Positions 20,437-32,700 are shown, counted from the first letter of the stretch. The stretch is 64,000 bases of DNA from an uncultured Eubacteriales bacterium (GCA_934446065.1 CAKSDP010000002.1:17101-81100), one strand, 5' to 3'. Translations and numbers: made by a program. Notes: generated from the sequence alone by a model not told the origin.

Positions 20437-21652
20437 TTTCACTTACTCCTGCTGTTGTGTCGGATGTGTCGGAAGTGGTGTCGGTATTGCTCTGCGAACC
20501 GTATGTGACTGTGCCTGATCGGCTTACCGCAAACACGGTCGATGCTCCTGCATCTCCGATGAGATCGTATATTTCGCCGTCATCGGGATCTTTGTCGCAG
20601 ATATCTGCAAGCCTGCGGCGGAAATTTTCCGTTTTTGTTTTCGGGATGATGTAGACGGAATCCTCGCCGAACATGAATGCACCTCCGAGATCGTTACGCT
20701 TTACGGTATCGCGTCCCGATCTTGTTTCGCAGTCGTAATACATGGTGCGGTTTACGACCGTTTTTCCGTAATAGGCTTCGACCATGGAAAGAAATGGCGA
20801 TTCCCTGCGGCAGAGGGATTCCGGGAGTACCGCGAAGATCGCCCCGCCCTCTGTCGGGACAAGGCTTATAAGTGTTTCGTATGCTACGGACTCGGCGAGA
20901 GTTCCCGCCTCGATCAGCTCCACGTAGTGCTGATATTTTGCAAAATTGTCGCCGAGCGCGGACGAGAGTGTTTCGGCGAGAGCGTTGAATTTTTCGCAGA
21001 ATGCGGCGCTGTCGCGCTCGGAAATGAGAGTCTGGACCTCTGCGTTGAATACGCCGGGAGAGGCGAAAAGATCGGACGTGAGATTTGAGGCGATATCAGC
21101 GATGGATGAGATCTTGCGGATACCGAACATCGAGAATTTGTTGTTTGGGAGAAGCTTTGCGTTCTCCTTTGAACATTCCTCGACAAATGATATCATCTGA
21201 TCCGATATAGATTTGGATTTTTTCATCTGTGCGAGTGACTCGGCGAGAGCTGTTGTGTCTCCTGCGATCGCCGCATCGTTCAGCGCACGAAACTTTGTAT
21301 TCGTGTCGTAGAGCACTACGTAATCAAGGTCGACAAAGCGTCTGAGAAATCCGAGATAGCTCTCGGCGAGCGTGTAGCTCCCCGCGACATATTCATCGAC
21401 CGAAAGAATTATTACCTTCGCGTCCGATATCTCGTCGTGCATCGGATAAAACTCCGCGACGGAGAGGTTGTTTTCGGTTATTTTGGATGCGTGAAGCCGG
21501 ACTGCGGCGGGATAAATGAGCATCTGACCGTCGCGCGTCATAATAAGCATACAGATAAGCTGTACTATGAGCGCCGCCGCAAGAAATACCGCCGCTCCGC
21601 GAAAGAGCCGGGATCTTGCGGTGTTCGGGCGTTTTGATTTTATGATTTCCAC
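20423..21652 (-). CDS. Hypothetical membrane-anchored protein (single N-terminal TM, large extracytoplasmic domain, Ser/Thr/Asp-rich tail)
   Basis: 409-aa ORF with coding-like composition. N-terminal basic stretch followed by hydrophobic AAVFLAAALIVQLICMLIM. I recognise no family. Confidence 0.6.
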   Translation of the reverse strand: MEIIKSKRPNTARSRLFRGAAVFLAAALIVQLICMLIMTRDGQMLIYPAAVRLHASKITENNLSVAEFYPMHDEISDAKVIILSVDEYVAGSYTLAESYLGFLRRFVDLDYVVLYDTNTKFRALNDAAIAGDTTALAESLAQMKKSKSISDQMISFVEECSKENAKLLPNNKFSMFGIRKISSIADIASNLTSDLFASPGVFNAEVQTLISERDSAAFCEKFNALAETLSSALGDNFAKYQHYVELIEAGTLAESVAYETLISLVPTEGGAIFAVLPESLCRRESPFLSMVEAYYGKTVVNRTMYYDCETRSGRDTVKRNDLGGAFMFGEDSVYIIPKTKTENFRRRLADICDKDPDDGEIYDLIGDAGASTVFAVSRSGTVTYGSQSNTDTTSDTSDTTAGVSENADT

Positions 21653-21905
21653 GTAAAACCTCCGTTGTTTTTGAAAGGGAGACTTACGGCATAAGCCATG
21701 ACAATAATTATTTAACAGTTCTATTGTACTTCAACACGGTGAATTTGTCAACGCGCACACATGAATGAAAAGAAGAAAAATTGCAAACAAAGTCTTAAAA
21801 ATCCTGTTTTTGTATGGATTTCGGGTATATTCTATGGTATAATACTATGAAATGTAGTTGTGACAAACTGCAATTCCCGATTATTGAAAGGATATTTTGG
21901 GCTGT

Positions 21906-24341
<2,436 letters not shown>

Positions 24342-24364
24342 CAAATGAAAGGTGATACGACTAT

Positions 24365-24970
24365 ATGAAACCGAATCTTCACAACACGGCGCTGAAGATA
24401 TCTGCGGGACTTGCGTCGCAGTTTCCTGCCGATGATCTGCCGCAGATAGCGTTTGCTGGACGTTCAAATGTCGGCAAATCCTCGCTTGTGAATTCTCTGC
24501 TCGGCAGAAAATCTCTTGCGCGTGTCAGCTCATCCCCCGGAAAAACCATCACGGTGAATTTCTACGATGTTGACGGTGCTCTTTATCTTGTTGACCTTCC
24601 CGGTTATGGATATGCCAAGCGCACCGCGACCGAGCAGCGCAAGTGGTCGATGCTCACCGACGGATATTTTACGAAATACGATAACGGTGAAAGACTTCGT
24701 CTTGTCGTGCAGCTTGTGGATTCACGGATAGGCCCGACAAAGGACGACTACGCGATGATAGACTACATGTGCCAGACCGATACGCCGTTTATCATTGTTG
24801 CGACAAAGACCGACAAGCTCAACCGAACCGAGCGCGACAAATTTCCGGCGCTGCTTGAGAAGTGCGACGGTGCATCAAGCGCCGGGTGCGTCATAATGTA
24901 TTCCGCGAAAAGCGGAGAGGGCAAGGACGAGCTTTGGCGTGCGATACTTGACTCCTGCGATGACAAGTAA
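24365..24970 (+). CDS. engB: Ribosome biogenesis GTPase EngB/YsxC
   Basis: 201 aa. G1 motif GRSNVGKSS, DLPGYGYA motif. lon-engB synteny as in Bacillus subtilis lonA-ysxC. Confidence 0.92.
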   Translation: MKPNLHNTALKISAGLASQFPADDLPQIAFAGRSNVGKSSLVNSLLGRKSLARVSSSPGKTITVNFYDVDGALYLVDLPGYGYAKRTATEQRKWSMLTDGYFTKYDNGERLRLVVQLVDSRIGPTKDDYAMIDYMCQTDTPFIIVATKTDKLNRTERDKFPALLEKCDGASSAGCVIMYSAKSGEGKDELWRAILDSCDDK

Positions 24971-24986
24971 TACATGAGGTGTAGCA

Positions 24987-25667
24987 ATGCTTAGTATGTT
25001 TACGTCTAAGGAAGGGCTGATGCAGCTTCTTCTGTCGATACCGTGTATTCTTCTTGCGCTGACCGTGCACGAGGTTAGCCACGGATTTGCTGCGTACAAG
25101 CTCGGCGATCCTACCGCGAAAAATCTCGGCAGGCTTACGCTGAATCCCCTGAAGCATCTCGATCCCCTCGGAACTATCTGTATGCTTCTGTTCGGCTTCG
25201 GCTGGGCGCGCCCCGTTCCGATCAATACGAGATATTTCAAAAAGCCGCGCCGCGATATGGCGCTCACCGCGCTCGCGGGGCCTGTATCAAACTTTATTCT
25301 CGCTTTTATCGGTGTCCTGCTCCAGCACATTTTTTACACGATATTCTCGTCTTTTACTATATCCTCCGAATCCGTTTTTACGACAGCGCAGATCATACTT
25401 ATCCTGTGTCGGCTGTTCTCGACGCTGAATCTCGGACTGGCGCTGTTCAATCTTATTCCATGCCCGCCGCTTGACGGTTCGCGGATCTTTTACGTTTTTC
25501 TTCCGCCGAAGCTTTATTTCGGCGTGATGAAATACGAGAGATATATCTCGCTTGCCCTTCTCGTCCTTCTCTACACCGGACTTCTTTCGACTCCTCTGTC
25601 ATGGCTGATGACGAGAATACTCAGCGGAATGAATACGGTAGTCGGACTCATTCCGTTTCTGAGGTAG
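24987..25667 (+). CDS. Site-2 protease family (M50) membrane metalloprotease
   Basis: 226 aa. HEVSHGFAA (HExxH) in a TM helix, GRLTLNPLKHLDPLG, multiple TM segments. Confidence 0.85.
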   Translation: MLSMFTSKEGLMQLLLSIPCILLALTVHEVSHGFAAYKLGDPTAKNLGRLTLNPLKHLDPLGTICMLLFGFGWARPVPINTRYFKKPRRDMALTALAGPVSNFILAFIGVLLQHIFYTIFSSFTISSESVFTTAQIILILCRLFSTLNLGLALFNLIPCPPLDGSRIFYVFLPPKLYFGVMKYERYISLALLVLLYTGLLSTPLSWLMTRILSGMNTVVGLIPFLR

Positions 25668-25676
25668 GGATCATTT

Positions 25677-26462
25677 ATGAACTCATTAACCTACAAGCTT
25701 GACACATTCGAGGGACCGCTTGACCTGCTTCTCTCGCTCATCTCGAAGAACAAGATCGACATTAGCGACATACCGATAGCTTTTCTCTGCGATCAGTATA
25801 TGGAATACATCAATGCCGCAGCCGAGCTTGACATGGAGCTGTCATCCGATTTCATCGTTATGGCAAGCGAGCTTATGCTCATAAAGAGCCGTATGCTCCT
25901 GCCGCGGAATGAGGAAGAAGAGGAAGAGGATCCGCGAGCGGCTCTCGCTGCCGCAGTTCTTGAGTACAAGCGTGCGAAGGAGGCTGCCGAATATCTCGGC
26001 GGTCGGTTCGGTGAATACGGACTCCGCATGACGAAGGACACTGACGAGATCACTGTTGACAAGACATACGTTGCGGATCAGAATATAAATCTGCTTGTAA
26101 ATGCGTACAACCGAGTGCTCAACACCGTTCGGGTCTCCGACACTGAGGCGGTAAAGCGATTCGATCCCTTGATCGAGACGCGCCCTGTATCCATCAGATC
26201 GGTGGTGCTTCGGCTCAGCGATGCTCTCCGATCCGGCAAGGGGCGCACGAGTGCTGCGGCATATTTTTCGGCTGCCGCTACAAAGCCGGAGCTTATCGCT
26301 TCTTTTATGGCGATGCTTGAGCTTTTGAAGAGCGGACTGATCTATCTTTCCGATGAGAGTTCGGGTGATGACGGTGTCGTCGATCTTATGGATGATGTTA
26401 CGCTGTCCCTGCGCGAGGGCGCCGATCCGGACGAGCTGTTCGGCGCGGTAGCCGATGAATAA
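25677..26462 (+). CDS. scpA: Segregation and condensation protein A
   Basis: 261 aa. FEGPLDLLLSLISKNKIDISDIPI N-terminus typical of ScpA. Confidence 0.92.
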   Translation: MNSLTYKLDTFEGPLDLLLSLISKNKIDISDIPIAFLCDQYMEYINAAAELDMELSSDFIVMASELMLIKSRMLLPRNEEEEEEDPRAALAAAVLEYKRAKEAAEYLGGRFGEYGLRMTKDTDEITVDKTYVADQNINLLVNAYNRVLNTVRVSDTEAVKRFDPLIETRPVSIRSVVLRLSDALRSGKGRTSAAAYFSAAATKPELIASFMAMLELLKSGLIYLSDESSGDDGVVDLMDDVTLSLREGADPDELFGAVADE

Positions 26463-26480
26463 TTCTATATGGAGTGAGAC

Positions 26481-27158
26481 ATGACATACGAAACTCTGGG
26501 TGAAAACACTGTTCCGAATACCCTTACCGACGATGAATGTATGCGCGTGGTTGAGGCGGTGCTGTTTGCTGCGGGTTATCCGGTCGGTTATGCGAAGCTT
26601 GCGGCGGTGACGGGACGTACCCCGTCGGAGATACGTCGGCTTATCACCGACCGCGCAGACGAGTACAACTCCCCCGGAAGTATTCCGCGCGGAATAATGC
26701 TCCTTACTTTCGGCGATTCGTGTCAGCTTTGCACAAGGGAGGAGCTTGGCGGATACGTCCGCGATGCGCTCGGAATAAAGCGTGGCGGCAACCTTTCCGC
26801 GTCGTCGCTCGAGGTGCTTGCGATAGTTGCATACAACGAGCCTGTGACCCGCGCGTTTATCGACACTGTTCGCGGAGTTGATTCCGCCTATGCGGTGAAC
26901 TCGCTGTGCGACAAGCACCTGATCGAGGTGTGCGGCAGACTTGATGTTCCGGGACGTCCGATGCTCTATCGGACGACGGAGGATTTTCTCCGCGTGTTCG
27001 GGATCTCATCTCTCGGTGAGCTTCCGGAGGTTGCGTCGAAGCCCGAGGAAGCAGGCGGCAACATTCCGATGGAAAACATCATTTTCACCGAACAGGTTGA
27101 CAGTGCAGATGAGCCTGGAGAGAGCGATGCCCCGGCTTCGGACGGCGATGAGTCATGA
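26481..27158 (+). CDS. scpB: Segregation and condensation protein B
   Basis: 225 aa. VEAVLFAAGYPV and SSLEVLAIVAYNEPVTRAFID motifs. Follows scpA. Confidence 0.92.
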   Translation: MTYETLGENTVPNTLTDDECMRVVEAVLFAAGYPVGYAKLAAVTGRTPSEIRRLITDRADEYNSPGSIPRGIMLLTFGDSCQLCTREELGGYVRDALGIKRGGNLSASSLEVLAIVAYNEPVTRAFIDTVRGVDSAYAVNSLCDKHLIEVCGRLDVPGRPMLYRTTEDFLRVFGISSLGELPEVASKPEEAGGNIPMENIIFTEQVDSADEPGESDAPASDGDES

Positions 27159-27877
27159 TGGTACTGAAGATTATCGCCGCGGTTTTCGGCGTGCTGATAC
27201 TTCTCGTCGTGGCGGCAATGTTTTTACCGCTGAAGCTTGAGGTAAAACTAAAAAAAACAGCCGGTGACGATCCCTCGCCAAGGCTTACTGCGGCAATCGG
27301 ATTTGTCAGGTTCAAGATCCTCCCGAAGAAGCAGAAAAAGATACGTCTCTCAAAGTTTTCAAAGAAGAACTTTGAGAAGATGACGAAAAAGACCTCTGCG
27401 GGTGACACAAAAAGCACACAGAGCGGGAAAAAGTCAGAAACGTCCGGCAATAATATTAAGGATGTTCTCCCCGGAACGATCGGCGAGACGGTCGATCTTG
27501 TATTAGAGCTTGTCGATCGGTTTACGGGATATCTGAAATGCAGCGTGAACTCGCTATCCATCGGTGTTTCCGCGGCCGATGCCGCGCAGACGGCGCTTCT
27601 GTACGCCGGAGTCGGCACCGCTATGGAGGCTTTTATGGAGATACTCCATCAGAATACCGTTATGAAGGTCGGCTCTCCCGGAAATATCGGTGTTTACGCT
27701 GATTTCGTTTCCGGTGAATTTACCGCCGATATAGATATCTCGCTTTCAATTCTTATAATAAACGTACTTCGCTCGGCGTCGGGAATAGTTGCAGTCTATC
27801 TCAGACGGCTTATCGGCGCTGACAAAAATAAAAACGCAAATAAAAATGCCTCATCGGCAGAACGGAGAAAATCATGA
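27155..27877 (+). CDS. DUF2953 (YtfI-like) sporulation-associated membrane protein
   Basis: 240 aa. N-terminal TM, a Lys-rich linker, and position directly upstream of ytfJ, as in other spore formers. ATGA overlaps on both sides. Confidence 0.6.
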   Translation: MMVLKIIAAVFGVLILLVVAAMFLPLKLEVKLKKTAGDDPSPRLTAAIGFVRFKILPKKQKKIRLSKFSKKNFEKMTKKTSAGDTKSTQSGKKSETSGNNIKDVLPGTIGETVDLVLELVDRFTGYLKCSVNSLSIGVSAADAAQTALLYAGVGTAMEAFMEILHQNTVMKVGSPGNIGVYADFVSGEFTADIDISLSILIINVLRSASGIVAVYLRRLIGADKNKNANKNASSAERRKS

Positions 27878-28314
27878 GTGACAGCAAATTCAACGAAGCT
27901 TTCAAATGCGCAATGGACGGTATAAGCTCCATGGCTGACGCCAACACGGTTATCGGCGAGCCTGTTACCACTGCAAACGGTACGACGATCATACCGGTAT
28001 CAAAGCTTTCTATGGGTTACGCTTCCGGCGGAATTGATTACGCGGGCAAAAAGGCCGCTGAAAAGCCTAGCGTGCAGAACAACTACGGCGGACTCGGCGG
28101 TAGCGGACTTAACGTTTCCCCTGTGGCGTTTCTTATAGTCTCGCCGGAGGGCAACGTTGAGCTTCTGAATATTAACGAGCCTCTCGGTTATCTTGATCCC
28201 GTATCAAGCATTGTGGGGCTGATCGAGCGTTCGCCCGAACTTATCGAAAAATTCAAATCGGTATTCGGAAAGAACAAGGACACAGCCGAGTTTGACTCTG
28301 AGGACGCAGAGTAA
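27874..28314 (+). CDS. ytfJ: Sporulation protein YtfJ/GerW family
   Basis: 146 aa. GEPVTTANGTTIIPVSKLSMGYASGG and GGLGGSGLNVSPVAFLIV are YtfJ family hallmarks. Confidence 0.85.
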   Translation: MSDSKFNEAFKCAMDGISSMADANTVIGEPVTTANGTTIIPVSKLSMGYASGGIDYAGKKAAEKPSVQNNYGGLGGSGLNVSPVAFLIVSPEGNVELLNINEPLGYLDPVSSIVGLIERSPELIEKFKSVFGKNKDTAEFDSEDAE

Positions 28315-28335
28315 TCTCGTTTTCGGCGGCTTTGT

Positions 28336-28408
28336 TTGACAGGAAAAATTTTTTCGGCATAAATTTTGTTCGCCGATCAAAAATAATTGCAAAAGAGAAT
28401 TTTTGATC
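28336..28408 (+). promoter_or_regulatory. Candidate promoter plus perfect 10-bp inverted repeat in the dacB-like 5' region
   Basis: TTGACA (28336-28341), 18-nt spacer, TAAATT (28360-28365). GATCAAAAAT (28375-28384) and ATTTTTGATC (28399-28408) are separated by 14 nt and end immediately before the AGGAG RBS. Confidence 0.45.
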
Positions 28409-28421
28409 AGGAGACGCAAAA

Positions 28422-29573
28422 ATGCAAAAAATGTTTTCCGTGAGACGTGCCGTCTGTGCGCTTGTATCCGCGGTCACGCTCATTCTTTCGATCCTTGTGC
28501 CTGTTTCGGCAGAGCCGCAGGGCTCTTCCTCACTGCCGTCGGTATCGGCACGCAGCGCGGTGCTCGCGGACGGTGAATCCGGTAATATCGTTTGGTCGAA
28601 GAACGCCGATGAGCGTTTGCCGATGGCAAGCACGACGAAGATCATGACCGCGATCGTGGCGATCGAGAATTGCGAGCTTTCGAGCGATGTTGAGATTCCG
28701 CCGGAGGCGTGCGGTGTCGAAGGATCGTCGATATATCTGAAGCCCGGTGAGCATCTGACGCTTGAGGAGCTTCTGTTTGCAATGATGCTCGAGAGTGCGA
28801 ACGACGCGGCGTGCGCCGTTGCGATCGCTGTTGCGGGCAGTATTCCGCAGTTTGCGGAGCTGATGAACGAGACTGCTCAGTCGATCGGGATGAGTGATTC
28901 GCATTTTACAAACCCGCACGGGCTTGACAATGAGGAGCACTACACTACTGCCGCTGATATGGCGAAGCTTGCTGTACACGCTCTTGCGAATGAAGATTTT
29001 GCAAGGATCGTTTCGACTTACAAAAAGACGATCCCGCTTTGCGGCGACGAAGGAACGCGCGTTTTGCTGAATCATAACAAGCTTCTCAAGTATTACGACG
29101 ATGCGGTCGGGATAAAGACCGGATTCACAAAACGCAGCGGCAGATGCCTTGTATCTGCGGCGAAAAGGAATGGGATGACGATGGTCGCCGTGACGCTCAG
29201 CGCTCCGGACGATTGGAACGACCATATGGCAATGCTTGATTACGGATTTTCCGTGCTTCGTCATGAGACGATCGCCGGTGTCGGTGACGTGTCTCTTGCG
29301 ATACCCGTTGCCGGAGGCGCCAGTCAGACGATAGAGATACGGAACACCGAGGAGATCGGCGTTACCCTGCCCGCTGCTGCGGGAGAGGTGAAAACCGTTA
29401 TCGAAGCGCCGCGCTTCCTGTTCGCTCCCGTAAGTGAGGGAGATGCCGTCGGGCGTGCGAGATTCTTCGTTGACGGCGAAGAGGTGGCGTCAGTCACGCT
29501 TTCAGCCGCATCATCCTGCAAGATACAAAAGAAACAGAGCTTTTTCGAGCGTGTGCGGGAGCTCTACAAATAA
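28422..29573 (+). CDS. dacB: D-alanyl-D-alanine carboxypeptidase (serine peptidase S11)
   Basis: 383 aa. Signal peptide, active-site MASTTKIMTA (SxxK), SANDAA (SxN) and KTGFT (KTG). Position after scpAB resembles B. subtilis dacB. Confidence 0.85.
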   Translation: MQKMFSVRRAVCALVSAVTLILSILVPVSAEPQGSSSLPSVSARSAVLADGESGNIVWSKNADERLPMASTTKIMTAIVAIENCELSSDVEIPPEACGVEGSSIYLKPGEHLTLEELLFAMMLESANDAACAVAIAVAGSIPQFAELMNETAQSIGMSDSHFTNPHGLDNEEHYTTAADMAKLAVHALANEDFARIVSTYKKTIPLCGDEGTRVLLNHNKLLKYYDDAVGIKTGFTKRSGRCLVSAAKRNGMTMVAVTLSAPDDWNDHMAMLDYGFSVLRHETIAGVGDVSLAIPVAGGASQTIEIRNTEEIGVTLPAAAGEVKTVIEAPRFLFAPVSEGDAVGRARFFVDGEEVASVTLSAASSCKIQKKQSFFERVRELYK

Positions 29574-29610
29574 AATGCCGCTTTGCGGCGTACATAAAAA
29601 GGTATTTTTA

Positions 29611-30351
29611 ATGGAAGAAGTACGTCTTCAAAAATTTTTCTCGGATGCCGGGGTGATGTCGCGCCGTCATGCGGAAAGTGAAATTGCTGCCGGGCGTGTG
29701 ACGGTGAACGGCATTACCGCGACGGTCGGTATGAAAATAGATCCGTCCACGGATGAAGTGGTCTACAACGGAGCGCGAGTGCTTCCGCGCGGTGCCGATG
29801 ACTCATATACATATATTGTTTTGAATAAGCCTGCGGGGTATGTGACAACGATGTCGGATGAATCAGGCAGACCGACGGTGTGTGAGCTTACGCGCGATCT
29901 CGGTCGGCGCGTATATCCGGTCGGCAGACTTGATATGTATTCCGAGGGCGTTCTTATAATGACCGATGACGGAAATGCAGCAATGAAGCTTATGCATCCG
30001 TCATATTCCACTACAAAAGTTTACGCGGTGCGCGTCAAGGGTGCCGTTTCGCCGGAGACGCTACGGAAGCTCACCTCCCCTATGGAGCTTGACGGTTATA
30101 CGATCGCGCCTGTCGGCGTGAAGATAGTATCTGCTGATCGCAAGAATTCGCGCGGCGAGATCGTAACAGATATGCTTTTTACGCTCAGCGAGGGACGTAA
30201 CAGACAGATTCGCAAAATGTGTGAGATATGCGGGCTGACGGTGGTACGTCTGAGGAGAATTTCCGAGGGCGAGATATCGCTCGGCAATCTTCCGTCGGGA
30301 AAATGGCGTTATCTTACCGACAGCGAGATCGAGTATATCCGAAGTCTATAA
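29611..30351 (+). CDS. rluB: Pseudouridine synthase, RsuA/RluB family (S4 domain plus catalytic domain)
   Basis: The track ORF starts at 29434, inside dacB. The ATG at 29611 gives MEEVRLQKFFSDAGVMSRRHAE (S4 domain) and the catalytic VGRLDMYSEG motif. Confidence 0.85.
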   Translation: MEEVRLQKFFSDAGVMSRRHAESEIAAGRVTVNGITATVGMKIDPSTDEVVYNGARVLPRGADDSYTYIVLNKPAGYVTTMSDESGRPTVCELTRDLGRRVYPVGRLDMYSEGVLIMTDDGNAAMKLMHPSYSTTKVYAVRVKGAVSPETLRKLTSPMELDGYTIAPVGVKIVSADRKNSRGEIVTDMLFTLSEGRNRQIRKMCEICGLTVVRLRRISEGEISLGNLPSGKWRYLTDSEIEYIRSL

Positions 30352-30374
30352 AGTTATGACAGGAGCGTTTGGTT

Positions 30375-30767
30375 ATGTTCAGAATTGTTGCAGTTGAGGA
30401 TGCGGCTCTGCGCGACAGCTATTGCCGCACGTGCAAAATTGAATCTGACGCGGGCGCGCTTGCATATGCGGCGCTCGATATTTTGGATACGGGTGATGCT
30501 GACCTTATTGCAGTATGCACATTTACAATCGCGGGCGGCGAGGTCAGTCGGATAAAGCTCGGGGCTATGAGTGACGGTGATGAAGCGGTGCTTATACTTC
30601 TTCTGACTGTTGCGGATTTTCTGAGACGGTGCGGCTATCGCTCGATTGTGGCGGATTCTACGGTTGCGCCTTTTGCTGCGCGTGTGGGATTCAGAAAAGC
30701 GGACGGCGGTTTTGAGCTTGATCTTACGGCACCGCATGGCTGCGCCGAGTCGCGCGGGGAGGAATAA
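30375..30767 (+). CDS. Small hypothetical protein, possibly GNAT-like
   Basis: About 130 aa. An AGGAG RBS lies 9 nt before the ATG at 30375. The C-terminal region GYRSIVADSTVAPFAARVGFRK resembles the GNAT C-terminal motif. Weak assignment. Confidence 0.45.
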   Translation: MFRIVAVEDAALRDSYCRTCKIESDAGALAYAALDILDTGDADLIAVCTFTIAGGEVSRIKLGAMSDGDEAVLILLLTVADFLRRCGYRSIVADSTVAPFAARVGFRKADGGFELDLTAPHGCAESRGEE

Positions 30768-30770
30768 CCT

Positions 30771-31922
30771 TTGAGATATCTTATAGCTATGGACTCCTTT
30801 AAGGGATGCCTCAGTGCGGCTGACGCTTGTGCAGCGGCTGCCCGCGGAGTATGTTCGATTCCCGGCAATACGGCGCACTGTCTCCCGCTCGCCGACGGCG
30901 GCGAGGGGACTGCCGAGGCGATATGCGCCGCTATGGGCGGGCACATCGTTTCCTCTGAGGTGATAGGGCCTGACGGCAATACATATGATGGATATTACGG
31001 CGTCATTCCGGACAAGGGACTTGCGGTGATCGACACCGCAGCGGCATCTGGGCTTGCCCTTGCAAAAAGGGGTAAGGCTTCCCTGCTGGACCGTTCGACT
31101 GCCGGTACTGGTCTTCAGATCGCAGAGCTGCTCGATCTCGGGTACAGGTCGATCATAGTCGGACTCGGCGGGAGCGGCACAAATGACGGCGGACTCGGCG
31201 CGATCTCCGCGCTTGGCGCAAAGGTATACGCAAATGACGGAACGCAGATCGAGCATCCGTGTGCGCGTGATCTTAAGAGGATCGCAAAAATCGATGTGGC
31301 GGACGCAGTACGTCGGCTTGACGGATGCGAGCTTATGCTTATGTATGATGTTGATATTCCGCTTACCGGTGAGCGCGGTGCGTCGCTCAATTATTCGCGC
31401 CAGAAGGGCGCCGAGCGCGATATGTCGCGTGCACTTGAAGCCGGTATGAAGAATTATGCCGATGCCGCAAGGCGCTCTCTCGGTATCTCAGTCGGTGAGA
31501 TGAAAGGTGCCGGAGCCGCAGGAGGCCTCGGCTTCGGACTTGCTCTTATCGGCGGCAAGCTTATCGCAGGCGCAGAAAATATACTGACGATCACCGATTT
31601 TGACGAGCGATGCTGTGATGCCGATGTTGTTATCACCGGCGAGGGGCGCACCGATTTTCAGACAGCTGACGGTAAGCTCCCGGTTGCCTGCGCTGCTGTG
31701 GCAAAAAAGCACGGTCTGCCTGTCGTTTGTGTCTGCGGTTCGGCAAGTCCTGTGGACGCGCTCTATGAGGCGGGAATTGATGCGATATTCTCCGTTCAGA
31801 CCGGTCCTATGAGCATTGCCGATTCTATCGCGTCGGCAGCACAACTAATTGAAAACACCTGCAAAAACCTTGCCGGTTTTGCAGATGCATTTATAAACAA
31901 ACATGAAAGGAATCACCAATGA
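30771..31922 (+). CDS. Glycerate kinase
   Basis: 383 aa with a TTG start. MRYLIAMDSFKGCLSA, LADGGEGT and GLGGSGTNDGG motifs are characteristic of GlxK/GarK. Confidence 0.88.
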   Translation: MRYLIAMDSFKGCLSAADACAAAARGVCSIPGNTAHCLPLADGGEGTAEAICAAMGGHIVSSEVIGPDGNTYDGYYGVIPDKGLAVIDTAAASGLALAKRGKASLLDRSTAGTGLQIAELLDLGYRSIIVGLGGSGTNDGGLGAISALGAKVYANDGTQIEHPCARDLKRIAKIDVADAVRRLDGCELMLMYDVDIPLTGERGASLNYSRQKGAERDMSRALEAGMKNYADAARRSLGISVGEMKGAGAAGGLGFGLALIGGKLIAGAENILTITDFDERCCDADVVITGEGRTDFQTADGKLPVACAAVAKKHGLPVVCVCGSASPVDALYEAGIDAIFSVQTGPMSIADSIASAAQLIENTCKNLAGFADAFINKHERNHQ

Positions 31923-32683
31923 AAAAAGTTATACTTGTACTTGTGGACGGAATGCGTTCCGATTCACTGGCAGCCTGCGGCAACGAGTACGCAGTCAAAT
32001 TTGCCGAGGAGAATATCTCTAAGGTATATGCTACGACTGTTATGCCGACGGTCACACTTCCCTGTCACTTTTCGCTTTTCAAGAGCGTAAATCCCGACAG
32101 ACACGGAATCCTCAGCAACACCTACGTTCCGCTTGTACGCCCGATCCCGAGCCTGCTTGACGTCATGAGACGCAACGGCCGCAAGTGCGGTATGTTCTAC
32201 AACTGGGAGGAGCTTCGCGACCTGAACGCTCCCGGCACACTCACCATTTCGTCCTTCATCACGACCGATGTACCCGATTCCGACGAGTACATCGCGACCG
32301 AGGCGCTCAAGAACATTGCAAAATATGACCTTGACTGCTCGTTCGTATATCTTGATGAGACCGATGAGTGCGGTCACCGCCACGGCTGGATGGGTGAGGC
32401 ATATCTCGACTGCGTATCGAGAGCATGGGGTATCATCCACCGCCTGCGCGATGCATTCCCGGATCACGTTGTGATCGTAACTGCCGACCACGGCGGACAC
32501 GAGCATATGCACGGTGCGGACATTCCCGAGGATCTCCAGATCCCGATCATCATTTCCGGTGAGGGTCTTGAGGCTTCCGAGAAGATGGAGAGCGCGAACA
32601 TTATCGATATTGCTCCTACCATTGCCGCTATCATGGGCGTTGAGCCGGATGACGACTGGCGCGGTGTAAGCCTTGTAAAATAA
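31919..32683 (+). CDS. Alkaline-phosphatase-superfamily protein (type I phosphodiesterase/nucleotide pyrophosphatase-like)
   Basis: 254 aa. VLVDGMRSD, the nucleophile region MPTVTLPCHFS and ADHGGHEHMHG metal ligands. ATGA overlap with glycerate kinase. Confidence 0.75.
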   Translation: MKKVILVLVDGMRSDSLAACGNEYAVKFAEENISKVYATTVMPTVTLPCHFSLFKSVNPDRHGILSNTYVPLVRPIPSLLDVMRRNGRKCGMFYNWEELRDLNAPGTLTISSFITTDVPDSDEYIATEALKNIAKYDLDCSFVYLDETDECGHRHGWMGEAYLDCVSRAWGIIHRLRDAFPDHVVIVTADHGGHEHMHGADIPEDLQIPIIISGEGLEASEKMESANIIDIAPTIAAIMGVEPDDDWRGVSLVK

Positions 32684-32700
32684 GTCTTAACATATAACAT

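Noticed and set aside
21653-21896. Heat-shock operator (CtsR GGTCAAA repeats or HrcA CIRCE) upstream of lon
   Set aside because: I read the 244-bp region on both strands. Only a single GTCAAC and a TGGTATAAT extended -10 (about 21835-21842) are present. There is no direct repeat and no CIRCE-like palindrome.
25842-26918. 358-aa minus-strand ORF spanning scpA and scpB
   Set aside because: It crosses the scpA/scpB boundary on the opposite strand, has no family resemblance, and is a typical shadow frame.
30354-31256. 300-aa minus-strand ORF opposite the small GNAT-like gene and glycerate kinase
   Set aside because: It is antisense to glycerate kinase, which has diagnostic motifs, and its composition is Arg/Cys-rich and implausible.
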